A DNA stretch of 64,000 bases from Squalus acanthias (lineage: Eukaryota): the NCBI GenBank assembly GCA_030390025.1, contig JASTWF010000033.1, forward strand, positions 4,838,001 to 4,902,000, written 5' to 3'. The notes under the pieces were generated by a model. That model was given only the letters and a program-made list of their open reading frames with translations. It did not search any database and had not been told where the DNA came from. Below, piece by piece: positions 50,450-61,799 of this stretch (within the stretch, counting starts at the first letter, position 1; every line of letters begins with the position of its first letter). The translations under genes and the position numbers were made by a program.

Positions 50450-50779
50450 CTGCTGCCGCCACAGGCAGCTCACGATCTGCACACACACTGCTGTTAATGA
50501 ATCAATAACCTTTTTTGTTGCTCACTCGCATTCCTTAGACCATTTCTTCGCAGCACATTCTCCTGCTGCTACACACACACAAGGGGCTCGAGACAGAGGG
50601 CTGGAAAAGCAGAAGAAGAAAATAAGATAGCCAAAAAACACACTGACGGAGGGGCTCCCCGACACAGCAGTAGAGAGGAGAGACAAGGTGCATAGAAATC
50701 TAGGAGCGACAAACAGAAACAGATTAAATAATAATGTAGAAAGAGCAGCAGTTAAAATGACGAAAAAATCAAAGCCAAC

Positions 50780-53700
50780 TAGCATGCTGTTGGAATGCAT
50801 GTGTGTTAATGCGAGGAGTGTTACAGATAAGATTCACGAGCCGCAGGCGCAAGATGCCACATAAGGTTATGAAATAGAGGATATAACGGAGACCTGGCTT
50901 AAAAATGGGCATAATTGGATACTGTCTTGCATCTCAGGTTACAAGGGGAAGTTGGGGTGCAGAAAGCAGAAGGGTTTGCCTTAATCTTCCAATCTTCCCT
51001 AGATGCTGGGGAGGTGCCAGAGGATTGGAAAGTAGTAGATGTGACATCCTTGTTCAATATGTGGAGATGCCGGTGTTGGACTGGGGTGGACAAATCCTTG
51101 TTCAAGACAGGGTGTAAGGACAAACCTAGTAACTACAGGCCGGTCAGTTTAACATCAGTACTGGATAAGATTTTAGAAACAATATTCAGGGAAAAATTAA
51201 CAGGCATTTGGAGAGGTTTAAGTTAATTAAGGAGAGCCAGCACGAATTTGTAAAATACATATTGGGTTTGACTAATTTAATTGATTTTTTTGATGAAGTA
51301 ACAGAGAAGGTTGATATCGGGATTGTAGCGGATGTTGTCTATATGGATTTTAAGAAAGCGTTTGGGACAAAATACCACATAAAACGCTGGTTAACAAAAT
51401 TGAGACTCAAGGAATAGGAGGGTCGGTGACAGATTGGATAAGAAATGGGCTTATGGACAGAAAACAGCGAGTCGAGGTAAATGGTTGTTTTTCAGACTGG
51501 AGGATTGTAGACAGTAGTGTTCTCCAAGTGTCAATGCTAGGGACCCTGCTTTTTTGAAAAATATAAATGAATTGGATATTGGAACACAGAGTAATATTTG
51601 GAAATTTGCCGATGATACCAAACTTGGAGGTGTGGAGGATACCAATCGACTGCAAAAAGACATAGATAAAGTTAGCAGAATGGGCAGACAAGCGTCACAT
51701 GGAATTTATTACAGAGAAGTATGAGGCGATGCATTTTGGCTGAAGGGATAGGGAGAGGCAATATAGACTGAATGGAACACTTCTAAAGAGTGTGCAGGGA
51801 GAGAGGAACCTCGTGGATCATGTGCTTAGATCTTTGAAGGTGGCAGGTCATATTGAGAGAGTAGTGATCAAAACACATGGGATCTTGGGCTTCATAAATA
51901 GAGCTATTGAGTACAAAAGCAGGGAAGATATGCTGAACCATTATACAACTCTGGTTAGGCTACAACTAGAGCATTGCGTGCATTTCTGGTCACCCCACTT
52001 TAGGCAGGATGTGAAGGACCTTGAGAGGGTGCGGAGGAGATTCACAAGAATGTTTCCAGGGATGAGGGATTTTAGCTACAATGCCAGGTTGGAGAAACTG
52101 GAGTTGTTCTCCTTGGAGCAAAGGAAATTGAGGGGAGGTTTGATTCAGGTGTACAAGATTATGACGGGTTTCGATAAGGTAGAAAGAGAAAGGCTGTTCC
52201 CATTAGCTGATGGTACAAGGACTAGGGGACACAGACTTAAGGTTTTGGGCAAGAGATAAAGTGAGAATGTGAGGAAGAACTTTATTATGCAGTGAGTGAT
52301 AATGACCTGGAACTCGCTGCCGACTAGGGTGGTGGAAGCGGAGATGATCAAACATAGAAACATTGAAAAATAGGAGCAGGAGTAGGCCCTTCGAGCCTGC
52401 TCCACCAATCAATATGATCATGGCTGATCCTCTATCTCAATATTCCCGCTCTCTCCCCATACTACATGATGCCTTTTGTGTCTAGAAATCTATCTATCTC
52501 CTTCTTAAATATATTCAGTGACTTGGCCTTCACAGCCTTCTGTGGTAGAGAATTTCATAGGTTCACCATCCCCTGAGTGAAGAAATTTCTCCTCATCTCA
52601 GTCCTAAATGTACTACCCCGTATCCTGAGACTGTGACCCCTCGTTCTAGAACCCCCAGCCAGGGGAAACATCCTCCCTACATCCAGTCTGTCTAGCCCTG
52701 TAAGAATTGTATACGTTTCAATGAGATCCCCTCTCATTCATCTAAACTCGAGTGAATACAGGCCTAGTCGATCTAATTTCTCCTCGTACGACAGTCCTGC
52801 CATCCCAGGAATCAGTCTGGTGAACCTTCGCTGCACTCCCTCTTTGGCAAGTATATCCTTTCTTAGGTAAGGGGACCAAAACTGCACACAGTACTCCAGG
52901 TGTGGTCTCACCACGGCCCTGCACAACTGTAGTAAGACATCTTTGCTCCTGTACTCAAATCCTCTTGCAATGAAGGCCAACATACCATTTGCCTTCCTAA
53001 CTGCTTGCTGCACATGATTGTTTGCTTTCAGTGACTGGTGTACAAGGACATCCAGGTCCCTCTGTACATCAACATTTCACAATCTTATCACCATTTAAAT
53101 AATACTCTAGATTTCTGTTTTTCCTACCGAAGTGGATAACTTCACATTTATCCACGTTATACTGCATCTGCCATGTATTTGCCCACTCACCCAATTTGTC
53201 TAAATAGTCTTGAAGCCTCTTTGTATCCCCTCACTAATCACAATCCCACCTAGTTTCATGTCGTCAGCAAACTTGGAAATATTACATTTGGTTCCCTCAT
53301 CAAAATAATTGATATATATTGTGAATAGCTGGGGCCCAAGCACTGATCCTTGCGGTACCCTACTAGTTACCGCCTGCCACCCCGAAAAATACACATTTAT
53401 TCGTACTCTCTGTTTCCCGTCTGTTAACCAATTTTCAATACATGCCAGTATATTACTCCCAATCCCATGTGCTTTAATTTTGCACACTAACCTCTTATGT
53501 GGGACTTAATCAAACGCCTTCTGAAAATCCAAATACACCACATCCACTGGTTCGCCCTTATCTATTCTAAAAGTTACATCCTCAAAAAACTCAAGTCGGT
53601 TTGTCAAACACGATTTCCCTTTCATAAATCCATGTTTATTTTTCTAATCCCGTTGATATTTTCTAAGTGTCCTGTTATCTCTTCTTTTATAGTAGACATT

Positions 53701-54130
53701 ATAGCACTTTCCCTACTACTGATGTGAGGCTAACCGGTCTGTAGTACCCTGTTTTCTCTCTCCCACCTTTTTAAATTGTTGTGTTACATTTGCCACTCTC
53801 CAAACTGCAGGAAATGTTCCATAATCAATAGAAATTTGGAAGATGATAACCAATGCATCCACTCCTTCCATGTCTACCTCTTCCAGTACTCTAGGATGCA
53901 TATTATCAGGCCCTGGGGATTTATCAGCTTTCAGTCCCATTAATTTCTCCAGCACTTTTTTTTTACTAATAAAAATTTCCTTTAATTCCTCAATAATTTC
54001 AAAAGGATATTGGATGGACACTTGAGGGAAATGAACTTGCAGGGTCACGGGAATAGAGCGGGGGAATGGGACTGATTCGATTTCTCCACTGGCCTCCTTC
54101 TGTGCTGTAATGCCTGAAAGACTCTATAAA
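50780..54130 (+). mobile_element. Old CR1 (endonuclease start fused to RT, through 3' UTR), interrupted by CR1 52352-53990
   Basis: CMCVNARSV..KI.E..ETWLK joined to LHLRL..EV; NYRPVSLTS; FADDTKLGG; LVRLQLEHCVHFWSP. Confidence 0.85.
52352..53990 (-). mobile_element. CR1 LINE, 5'-truncated and frameshifted
   Basis: GPDNMHPRVLEE, VPQGSVLGPQLF, FADD, VRPHLEYCVQFWSP; tttctatgt tail; short tcaa duplication at the ends. Confidence 0.93.
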
Positions 54131-54654
54131 CAACCCTGGCTGCAATGCAATAACATTTGTAGAAGTTGTGTGGTTACATGTCACTTGATCAGGCAGCACA
54201 TGGTCAGATGTCATGTTGTGGGATGGTGACACGACCATACATCCAGGAATCCCTCCATGCAGAGTTGGCAACACGACTTGCGAGAAAAGACTGCGGCCCG
54301 ATTGTTTCTATTTTGAGGCCTGAGGAAGCAGCATTTTTGCACAAGTGAGTGATTTGGCTCATGGAGTGAATTTGCGGTGGGGTGGAGTGGGGTGATTCGT
54401 GAGTCGGTAATTTGGGTGTGAGTGAGTAAATGGTGAAAGGGAGGTAGTTTTGCAGCTTAATAGAAGACAATGAATGGTAAGTCTTGTAGTTTGTTTGTGT
54501 GGGAGTAGGAGCACCATAAGAGTTGGGGGGCGGGGGAGTAAAATAAAGCAATATAAATTGTGTTCTGTATGCTTGTATGAACCCATAGACGAAGAAAAAA
54601 AGAATGGACGACAGCCCTATGTGCATTTAAGTAAAGTAAAGCCAGACATCCGAT

Positions 54655-54775
54655 GCCTACGGCCATACTAGTCTGAAAACTCCCGATCTTCTCTGATTTC
54701 AGAAACTAAGCAGAGTCAGGCCTGGTTAGTTACTTGTTTGGGAGACCGCCTGGTAATGTCAAGTGCAGTACGCTT
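54655..54775 (+). pseudogene. 5S rRNA pseudogene or variant (full length, ends in TTTT)
   Basis: gcctacggccatactagtctgaaaactcccgatctt...taagcagagtcaggcctggttag.tactt...gggagaccgcctgg...gctttt. Confidence 0.9.
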
Positions 54776-56284
54776 TTGCTGCCGCCACAGGCTGCTCACG
54801 GTTCTGCACACGCACTGCTGTTAACCCTTCGATTACATTTTTGCTGCTCTCTATCGCTTTCCTTTGACCATATCTTCGCTGCACATTCTCCTGCTGCTAC
54901 ACAAACACAAGGGGGTCGAGACAGAGGGCTGGAAAAGCAGAAGAAGAAAATAAGATAGCCTAAAAACACACACTGCGGAGGGGCTCCCCGACACAGAAAT
55001 TCAGATGAGAGACAAGGTGCATAGAAAATTAGCAGAGACAAACCGAAACAGAACAAAGAATAATGTAGAAACCGCAGCAGTTAAAGTGAGGAAAACAGCA
55101 AAGCCAACTAGCATGCTTTTGCATTGCATGTGTGTTAATGCGAGGAGTGTTACGAATAAGATTGACGAGTCGCAGGCGCAAGATGCCACATAAGGTTATG
55201 AAATAGAGGCTATAACGGAGACCTGGCTTAAAAATGGGCACAATTGGAAACTGTTTTTCATTTCAGGTTACTAAGGGAATTTGGGGTGGAGATAGCGGAA
55301 GGGCTTGCCTTAAGCTTCCAATCTTCCCGAGATGCGGGGGAGGTGCCAGAGAATTGGAAAGTGGTAAATGTGTCATCCTTTTACAAAAAAGTGTGTGCGG
55401 ACAATCCTAGTAACTACAGGCCGGTCAGTTTATCATCGGTGATGTGGAAGGTTATAGAAACAAAAATCAGGGGAAATTAACCGGCACTTGGAGAGGTTGA
55501 AGTTAGTTAAGTAGAGCCAGCACGGATTTGTAAACGGCAGATTGTGTTTGACTAATCTAATTTAATTTATTGATGAAGTAACAGAGAAGGTTGATGTAGG
55601 GAATGTAGCGGATGTTGTGTATATGGATTTTAAGAAGCTGCGATTGCTTTCCTCACAGGTTTAAGAGGACATTTAATCGAGGTTTTCAAATTTACAAGGG
55701 GCATTGATAGAGGAAATAAGGAGCAACCGTCTCCAGTGACAGTAAGATCGGTAACCAATGGACACCGATTGAAGATAACCGACAAAAGAACTAGAGGGGA
55801 GATGAGGAGAATTTTCTTACACAGCAAAGGCTCAGGCCTAACCAATATCTTAATGCTCAGGATAAGTTATCACTGCCCAGGCACTCTCTCATTCCAGTTT
55901 TGCACACGTTGCTAAGTTTCAAATGTCGTATTTTTGACACTGGCAATGAATTAATTGATAGCTGTGCTGTGATAAGCTAATGTTGTTAGAGAGATGCAGT
56001 TCAAGAAGATACATGGAAGGCGAATGATAAGCGGAACTGTTCTGAAACTGTGAGCTGCAGTTAAATGTGGGCATGTAAACATTTAAAGTGTTTCGTTCCA
56101 AATGTCATTTCCTGCTGACATGAGGCATTTCACAGAAGGCCAGGAAGTGTATTTTGTATCGCTGTACCGAATGATGCGCTGCCGACTGTTGAGGCAGCAA
56201 CGGTGGGAAAGTTAGATCAGGAGCGAGCATAGCTTCGCGCGGTGCTCTGATTGGTGGCATTTCAAACAACCCCAAAACAGACTT

Positions 56285-56351
56285 TTCCCTGAAAGGGAAT
56301 CGACCCCGGCCCGCGAAAGAGCCGAATCCTAACACACTAGATCAGCAGGGA
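56285..56351 (-). pseudogene. tRNA-Glu(TTC) pseudogene (deletion 3' of the anticodon)
   Basis: tccctgctgatctagtgtgttaggattcggctcTTTCgcgggccggggtcgattccctttcagggaa. Confidence 0.8.
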
Positions 56352-56564
56352 AGCTGCAGCAAGTTTCCTGCCAGCAAGCAGAGCAACGCAGTCCTTCCGC
56401 CTTGCTGCTTTGTAATTCAGATCGCCTTCACGCCAGGCACATTTTTCGTACAAAATGACATGTTCTAGAAACCAAAGCACCAAGTGCGGGCAGGCATCCA
56501 TTTGAAATCTATTTCCTTCTCTGCTTTTCTCAGAGACACAGAGAGACAGACAATCAGAGAGAAG

Positions 56565-56604
56565 CTGTCGGGGAATTGAACACTCACCACTATAATATCA
56601 AGGA
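56565..56604 (-). pseudogene. tRNA-Asp remnant lacking the anticodon arm (paralog at 58504-58543; 5' stubs at 56776-56792 and 58760-58776)
   Basis: tccttgatattatagtggtgagtg|ttcaattccccgacag. Confidence 0.7.
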
Positions 56605-56935
56605 CATTGTAGAGGAAATGGTTATGCAGTGCATGAGACAAAGACTCAAACACACACACTTGTGTGCGATCTCTTTGTGTGTGTATGTCCCACACTCCCG
56701 CTTTTTCTGTGAATCCCTGTTAATCTCATGTTCTCTTTCACTCCTCCGTGCAGCACACAAAAGGGAGAGGCTAAGCACTATACTAACGAGGAACAGGTGC
56801 AGGAAGTTGTTATACAGTTATTTTTATGCCGGTATATCTTTTCAAATTATTTTAGTTGATTATTTTCTATTCATCTTTTCCAACGAGCATTTTAAGGAGC
56901 TGCTCATAGGATTAAAATTGGGGATTTAAAAAAAT

Positions 56936-57007
56936 CCCCCTGTCGGGGAACTGAACCCCGGTCTCCCGCGTGACATGCGGGAATACTCACCACTATACTA
57001 ACAAGGA
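56936..57007 (-). tRNA. tRNA-Asp(GTC), near-intact but with C32A and T-loop/B-box changes
   Basis: tccttgttagtatagtggtgagtattcccgcatGTCacgcgggagaccggggttcagttccccgacagggg followed by a T7 terminator (56934-56928). Confidence 0.8.
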
Positions 57008-58217
57008 ACTGGCAGATGGCGGGTCTGTTAGAGCAAGAATCGACCTGTGAACAGAGTGAGAAAGATGCAAGAGACAGACATAAGAATACGAACAGAAGAA
57101 ATAGAAGCAGGGGTAGACAATTCGGCCCCTCGAGCATGCTCCGCCATTCAATAACTTCATGTCTGATCAGATCTCAGCCACACTACAATGCCACTTTCCC
57201 GCCCGCTCCCCATAACACTTGACTCCCCTGTAGCGCAAATATACATATGGAATATATTCAATGTCTCCACCCCCACTCCTCTCTGGGGTCGAGAATTCCA
57301 AACATTCAAGACACTCTAAGAGAATAAATTCCTCCTCATCTCCGTTTTAAATGGACGAACCCTTATCCTGAAACAGTGCCCCCTAGTTCTAGATTCCCCA
57401 ACAGGGGAAACATCCTCCCTGCATCTACCCTGTCAAGCCCCCTCAGAATCTAATACAGAGAGAGAGAGAATCAGGGACAAAGAGAGACACACACAGAGCG
57501 AGAGCCTCGGTTTGACGTCTCACAGATTGGTCATCATGGATGAGGGACTTCAGTTATGTTGAGAGAAAGGCGAAGCTGGGATTGCTTTCCTCAGAAGTTT
57601 AAGAGGAAATTTAATAGAGGTTTTCAAAATTACAAGGGGTTTCGATAGAGTAAATAAGGAGAAACCATTTCCAGGGGGGTCGGTAACCAGAGGTCACCGA
57701 TTGAAGATAATCAGCAAAATACCCAGAGGGGAGTAGAAGAGAATTTTCTTACGCAGCAAGGGCTCAGGCCTAATGAATATCTTAATGCTCAGGGTAAGTT
57801 ATCACTGCCCAGGCACTCTCTCATTCCAGTTTTTCACACGTTGCTAAGTTTCAAATGTTATATTTTTGAAACTGGCAATGAATTGATTGATAGCCTTGCT
57901 GTGATAAGCTAAGGTTGTAAGGGAGATACAGTTCAAGAAGATACATGGAAGGCTAAAGATAAGCGTGACTGTTCTGAAACTTTGAGTTGCAGTTAAATGT
58001 AGGCATGTAAACATTTAAAGTGTTTCGTTCCAAATGTCATTTCCTGCTGACATGAGGCATTTCACAGAAGTCCAGGAAGTGCATTTTGTATCACTGTACC
58101 GAATGATGCGCTGCCGACTGTCGAGGCAGCAACGGTTTGGAAAGTTAGATCAGGAGCGAGCATTGCTTCGCGCGGTGCTTTGATTGGTGGCATTTCAAAC
58201 AACCCCAAAACACACTT

Positions 58218-58290
58218 TTCCCTGACCGGGAATACGAACCCGGGCCGCAGCGGTGAAAGAGCCGAATCCTAACCGCTAGATAACCAGGGA
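58218..58290 (-). tRNA. tRNA-Glu(TTC), near-intact (1-nt T-loop insertion, A-box changes, one anticodon-stem mismatch)
   Basis: tccctggttatctagcggttaggattcggctctTTCaccgctgcggcccgggttcgtattcccggtcagggaa; TTTT shortly downstream. Confidence 0.8.
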
Positions 58291-58916
58291 ATCTGCAGCA
58301 AGCTTCCTGCCAGCAAGCAGAGCAACGCAGTCCTTCCTCCTTGCTGCTTTGAAATTCAGATCGCTTTCACGCCACGCAAATTTTTCGTACAAAATAACAT
58401 GTTCTAGAAACCACAGCACCAAGTGCGGTCAGGCATCCATTTGAAATCTATTTCCTTCTCTGCTTTTCTCAGAGACACACAGAGACAGACAGTCCGAGAG
58501 AAGCTGTCGGGGAATTGAATACTCATCACTATAATATCAAGGGCATTGTAGAGGAAATGGTTATGCAGTGCATGAGACAAAGGCTCAAACACAAACACGT
58601 GTCTGTGCTCTCTTTGTGTGTAGATGTCTCAGATATACATCTGAGTTTCATAGATTCATGGAGGCTGGCAGCACAGTGGGAGGCCTATCCCTGTTATCTC
58701 ATTTTCTCTGTCCTCTGTCCCTCCTCAGTGCCCCACACAAAAGGGAGAGGGAAGCAGAGCACTATACTAACGATGAACTGGTGCAGGAAGTTGTTATACA
58801 GTTCTTCATATGCCAGTATATTTTTAATTATTTTAGATCATTTTTTGCTGTTCAACTTTTCCAAGGAGCAATTTAAGGAGCCGCCCAAAGGTTAAAGATT
58901 GGGGATGTTAAAAATC

Positions 58917-58988
58917 CTCCGCGTGAGGGAATTGAATCCCTGCTTCCCGCTTGAGAGGCGGGGATACTCACGACTATACTAACGAGGA
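58917..58988 (-). pseudogene. tRNA-Asp-derived gene with CTC anticodon
   Basis: tcctcgttagtatagtcgtgagtatccccgcctCTCaagcgggaagcagggattcaattccctcacgcggag. Confidence 0.8.
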
Positions 58989-59298
58989 ACAGAACACTGC
59001 AGAATCTGTCAGAGCAAGAATCGACCTTGAACAGAGTGACAAAGAAGAGAAGGGACAGACATAACAATAAGAACAGAAGTACTGGGAGCAGGAGTGGGCC
59101 ATTCGGCCCCTCGAGCCTGCCCCGCCATTCAATAAGAGCATGGCTGATCAGATCTTCGACTCAACGCCACTTTTCCGCCCGCTCCCCATAACCTTTGACT
59201 CCCCTGTAGCTCAAATATATGTCCATCTCCGCCTTGAATATATTCAATGACTCCGCCTCCACAGCTCTCTGGGGTAGAGAATTCCAAAGATTCACGAC

Positions 59299-59840
59299 TG
59301 ATGTGGAGTATTTATTCAACACTCGACACAAGTCTGTCAGGTACAAATCAAAAGTCTTTATTACACCGGTGGGGAGACAATCTCTTACTGGCGCACCAGC
59401 AGACTTCTGAAAATTGATACAGTAAGCGTTACATATTTATGCTTTCAAAAGTCGTGGTAACCTCGTACATAATCCGTTACACTGTTTTAATTGGCTTAAA
59501 GCCCGCGTGCACATTTGCTGAGTGGCTAATTCTCTATCTCGCGTCACATGACTGTTTGCCTATATTTATTGTCACATGATCTTTATGATCTCACCTGTTG
59601 TTATAAGTTTGCGACCTTCAGTAAAACCACATGTCTGCATTTCTGTCTTGCTGTGCACCGTGTGGTTTTACTTATCTCTAGTTTCCATAGTTTGTGGTTG
59701 GTGCTTCTGAGCTGTTTACATCTAATTTTGCAAAAGCTTCGAGACCTCTGGTCAACATGTCTGACCTGTTTTCGCTGGTCTCGTGTGCAAGCTGCATTGT
59801 TAACCCCTTAATTCCTGAAGGGCGCCGCTGCTCCACTTCA
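59299..59840 (-). mobile_element. 3' LTR (542 bp) of an endogenous retrovirus
   Basis: TGAAGTGGAG...CTCCACATCA termini (9/10 inverted match, TG...CA); preceded by the PPT; AATAAA at 59362-59357 and 59316-59311; truncates a CR1 3' end at 59298. Confidence 0.88.
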
Positions 59841-59841
59841 G

Positions 59842-59852
59842 TCCCCCCTTTT
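59842..59852 (-). other. Polypurine tract
   Basis: AAAAGGGGGGA, 1 nt upstream of the LTR TG. Confidence 0.85.
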
Positions 59853-59900
59853 GGTCCTTGTCTAAACTACCCAAGATGACCAATTACTGCTACTACTGCC

Positions 59901-61500
59901 TTAGGCGTCCCGCCCCGCTTGCAGTGGCCAGCTGCTAGGTTGTGAGCACCTAGTGCGTTTAGAGCTAAATAATTCCTTCGTCTTGCACACGTTTGAGCAG
60001 CTTACTCTGTTCCTTAACTTCGCCTTTGCCCTGGTTTTGTTTCTACGTTTCGACCAAGCAGCACAAGTCATTCTAAGCCAACCTAATGTTAATATTAATT
60101 GTAGCGCTACCAGTACATGAGAGATGATGCGGATCCAAGGGTGGATATCTACCTTCAAGCCCCAGTTCCAGGCTGTTTCATACCACGGGATCTTACGGAG
60201 TTCGGTTTCGATCTGCTTGTCCAGTTAACTCTTGTTTTAGGAGATGGGACCGTTTTATGTTCTCGCGTGGACGGTGCCGAAGCTTCTTTAGATCTTCTGG
60301 GGGATGCGGGGTATTCCTCGTATAGCCCCAGGCCGCTCTTAACTGGTAGGCTGGGGGTGAAGCAGAATTTAGGGTTCGTGATATTACATGTCAGGCCACC
60401 ATAATCGTACATCCGTTGGTTTGTCGTCACGCAGTACTCGTCCTTTCCCCGGTAGGCAGCGTGGGTCGGTTCAGATTCCGCTGGGCTTATTTCCAGCACA
60501 CATCCCACAGTCTGATTGAACCCGCACCCATCCTTACTACCTTGCCCCAGCGGGTGTGAGCAGATCGTGAGGCTTCCTTCCCTGCGGCACCCAATCAATG
60601 AGACCCTTCTCATGGTTCCGTTTCTTTTGATCGTGTATTGATCCATTGGGTAATACCGCAGGTAATCCCTTCCCCTGATCAGTCCTATGTTCTCCACCTC
60701 GGACTGCGGTATGGTTTTGCATCTCCAGTCATTACCGGGATCATTAGCACCAAACCTATCAGCGAGGTGTGAGAGTCAGTGCACCCACCCGGCACAGGGT
60801 AGACCCTTGTCATGCCCTTTAATGTACAGCCATCCAGTGATGCTGGGTGCTGTGCCAACTGCAGTAGGTGGGTACTATTGATCCAATCGGGGGCCCTGCC
60901 TGTCTGCATCTGGTCCAGGTTGTGTCGGACTTGTCCTATCATCCATCCCCCATATGCTGCCCCAAGTCTACTCCCGTCCGGACGTCCCCCGTGTGCCTCT
61001 GGAGCAAAATCCGCACAGTCTCTTTGAGACTCTCTGAGCTTGCTTTCACGGGTTGGATATTCAGGGCATTTATAAGGGACGTGCCGGTATTTACGCCAGT
61101 CAACACGTCATTGACTAAACCTTGCTTATGTTGGAGGAACCCTGTGTGTCGAGGCACCGCATATAGTTAACGCTCGGCCACATGTTTCTATAGGCATGTA
61201 GTATCTGTGGCATCCCTGGTAGATACCTGAACTTAATCCACATACATCTCTGATGTGGCCGCCCATACCCTCTCACTACCACATTCAATACACAAGGTCC
61301 TATTGTACTTTAACTCAACGCCCAATCTCGTGGGTTGGGTTCCCTTACACCCACAAAATGTTCGGCCCGTTCCGGGAATTGGTGCCCTTCTGCCGGAATA
61401 TACCCGTCAGATATACTCTCATCTGACGAGGAACTGTCGGTAATTCTGATCTCCCTGGTGCTCTGTATGTTCGCGATTTCTCAGAACGTCTCCTGTTCCT
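59901..61500 (-). pseudogene. Degraded envelope gene, F-protein-like (lokiretrovirus-type); 5' boundary approximate
   Basis: Frameshifted pieces: QHKQ|GLVNDVLTGVNTGTSLINALNI fusion-peptide-like segment, helical region, LIGLVLMIPV, Cys-rich ectodomain, WNWG.....PW, TM helix IISHVLVALQLILTLGWL and basic tail. Confidence 0.7.
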
Positions 61501-61799
61501 ACGGCGTCTAGTAGTGTCCCCAGTACTGTCAGGATCGTGGTGTATAGAGGCAACATTCTGTGGGTAGAACTTCGGGTGGGTACCTCGAATGTCTGTCGTC
61601 CAAGGCCAAAGTTACCTGTAACTTAAGCAGAAATCTGGTCGTCACCAGATGTTAGTTTATCTCCGATGTTTATTCCATTGTTCCTGTGGGATTTAAAGTC
61701 AGCTGCGTTATTGTTGTATCGTTTTAATTGGGTCCCATGTTTCCACCGACCCTTTCCCCTCTTATCTATGCATGCGCACGTGTCCCCGCTTATTTAGAC

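Larger units (their letters stand above)
55640..59298. repeat. Tandem segmental duplication, two units of about 1.95 kb carrying tRNA-Glu, tRNA-Asp and CR1 remnants
   Basis: About 55640-57450 aligns with about 57575-59298 (Glu offset 1939 bp, Asp offset 1981 bp). Confidence 0.9.

Noticed and set aside
50327..54130. SINE3-like element (5S head plus CR1 tail)
   Set aside because: Sequence upstream of the 5S is also shared between copies and there is no TSD, so this is DNA-level duplication rather than retroposition.
56588..56782. Insertion into tRNA-Asp with a CACTATA target duplication
   Set aside because: Each CACTATA is followed by its own tRNA 5' end, so these are two separate Asp remnants.
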